Positions 63,935-64,000 of a DNA stretch of 64,000 nucleotides are shown one piece after another. Made by a program: the position numbers and the translations under genes. Positions within the stretch are counted from its first letter, which is position 1, and every line of letters starts with the position of its first letter. This DNA is from Malacoraja senta (Eukaryota): NCBI GenBank assembly GCA_038087875.1, contig CM075978.1, positions 179,800,001 to 179,864,000 of the forward strand. Reading direction: 5' to 3'. The notes beneath the pieces were generated by a model. It saw only the letters and a program-made list of their open reading frames with translations. It was not told the origin of the DNA and ran no database searches.

Positions 63935-64000
63935 ACTTCCAGTCTCTGTTGTAATTAAATTTGCGCAAAAAACCTACATTGCTGGATTTTTGCCACCTTA

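Overview
Repeat-dense vertebrate genomic DNA. It is most likely from a cartilaginous fish (skate/ray), inferred from HE1/V-SINE-like SINEs with CR1 tails, Rex1/Babar, Hero and Penelope elements. There are three assembly gaps. Host genes are the last two coding exons of a rho-class glutathione S-transferase (254-342, 3794-3926, +) and the leader, V and C1 exons of a non-rearranging V-C1 immunoglobulin-superfamily gene (SIRP/B7-H6-like; 56121-59517, +). That gene sits in an AT-rich domain that has kept its CpGs. The main finding is a non-autonomous hAT-type TIR element present twice in opposite orientation (7934-14204 and 38147-42353). Each copy has its own perfect 8-bp TSD, and both carry a captured coding fragment of a copper amine oxidase (AOC1/AOC3-like) gene plus regularly spaced CCAAT boxes, i.e. 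a Pack-type transposon. Nested inside are further hATs and 32-33 bp 'micro-MITEs' with 12-bp TIRs and 8-bp TSDs. Penelope pseudo-LTRs carry minimal hammerhead-ribozyme-like cores, often as head-to-head foldbacks. The rest is CR1, Rex1/Babar, Hero, L2-like and other LINE fragments, Tc1, Harbinger-like MITEs and Helitron-like ends. Family names come from motif recognition, not database searches, and many repeat boundaries are approximate.
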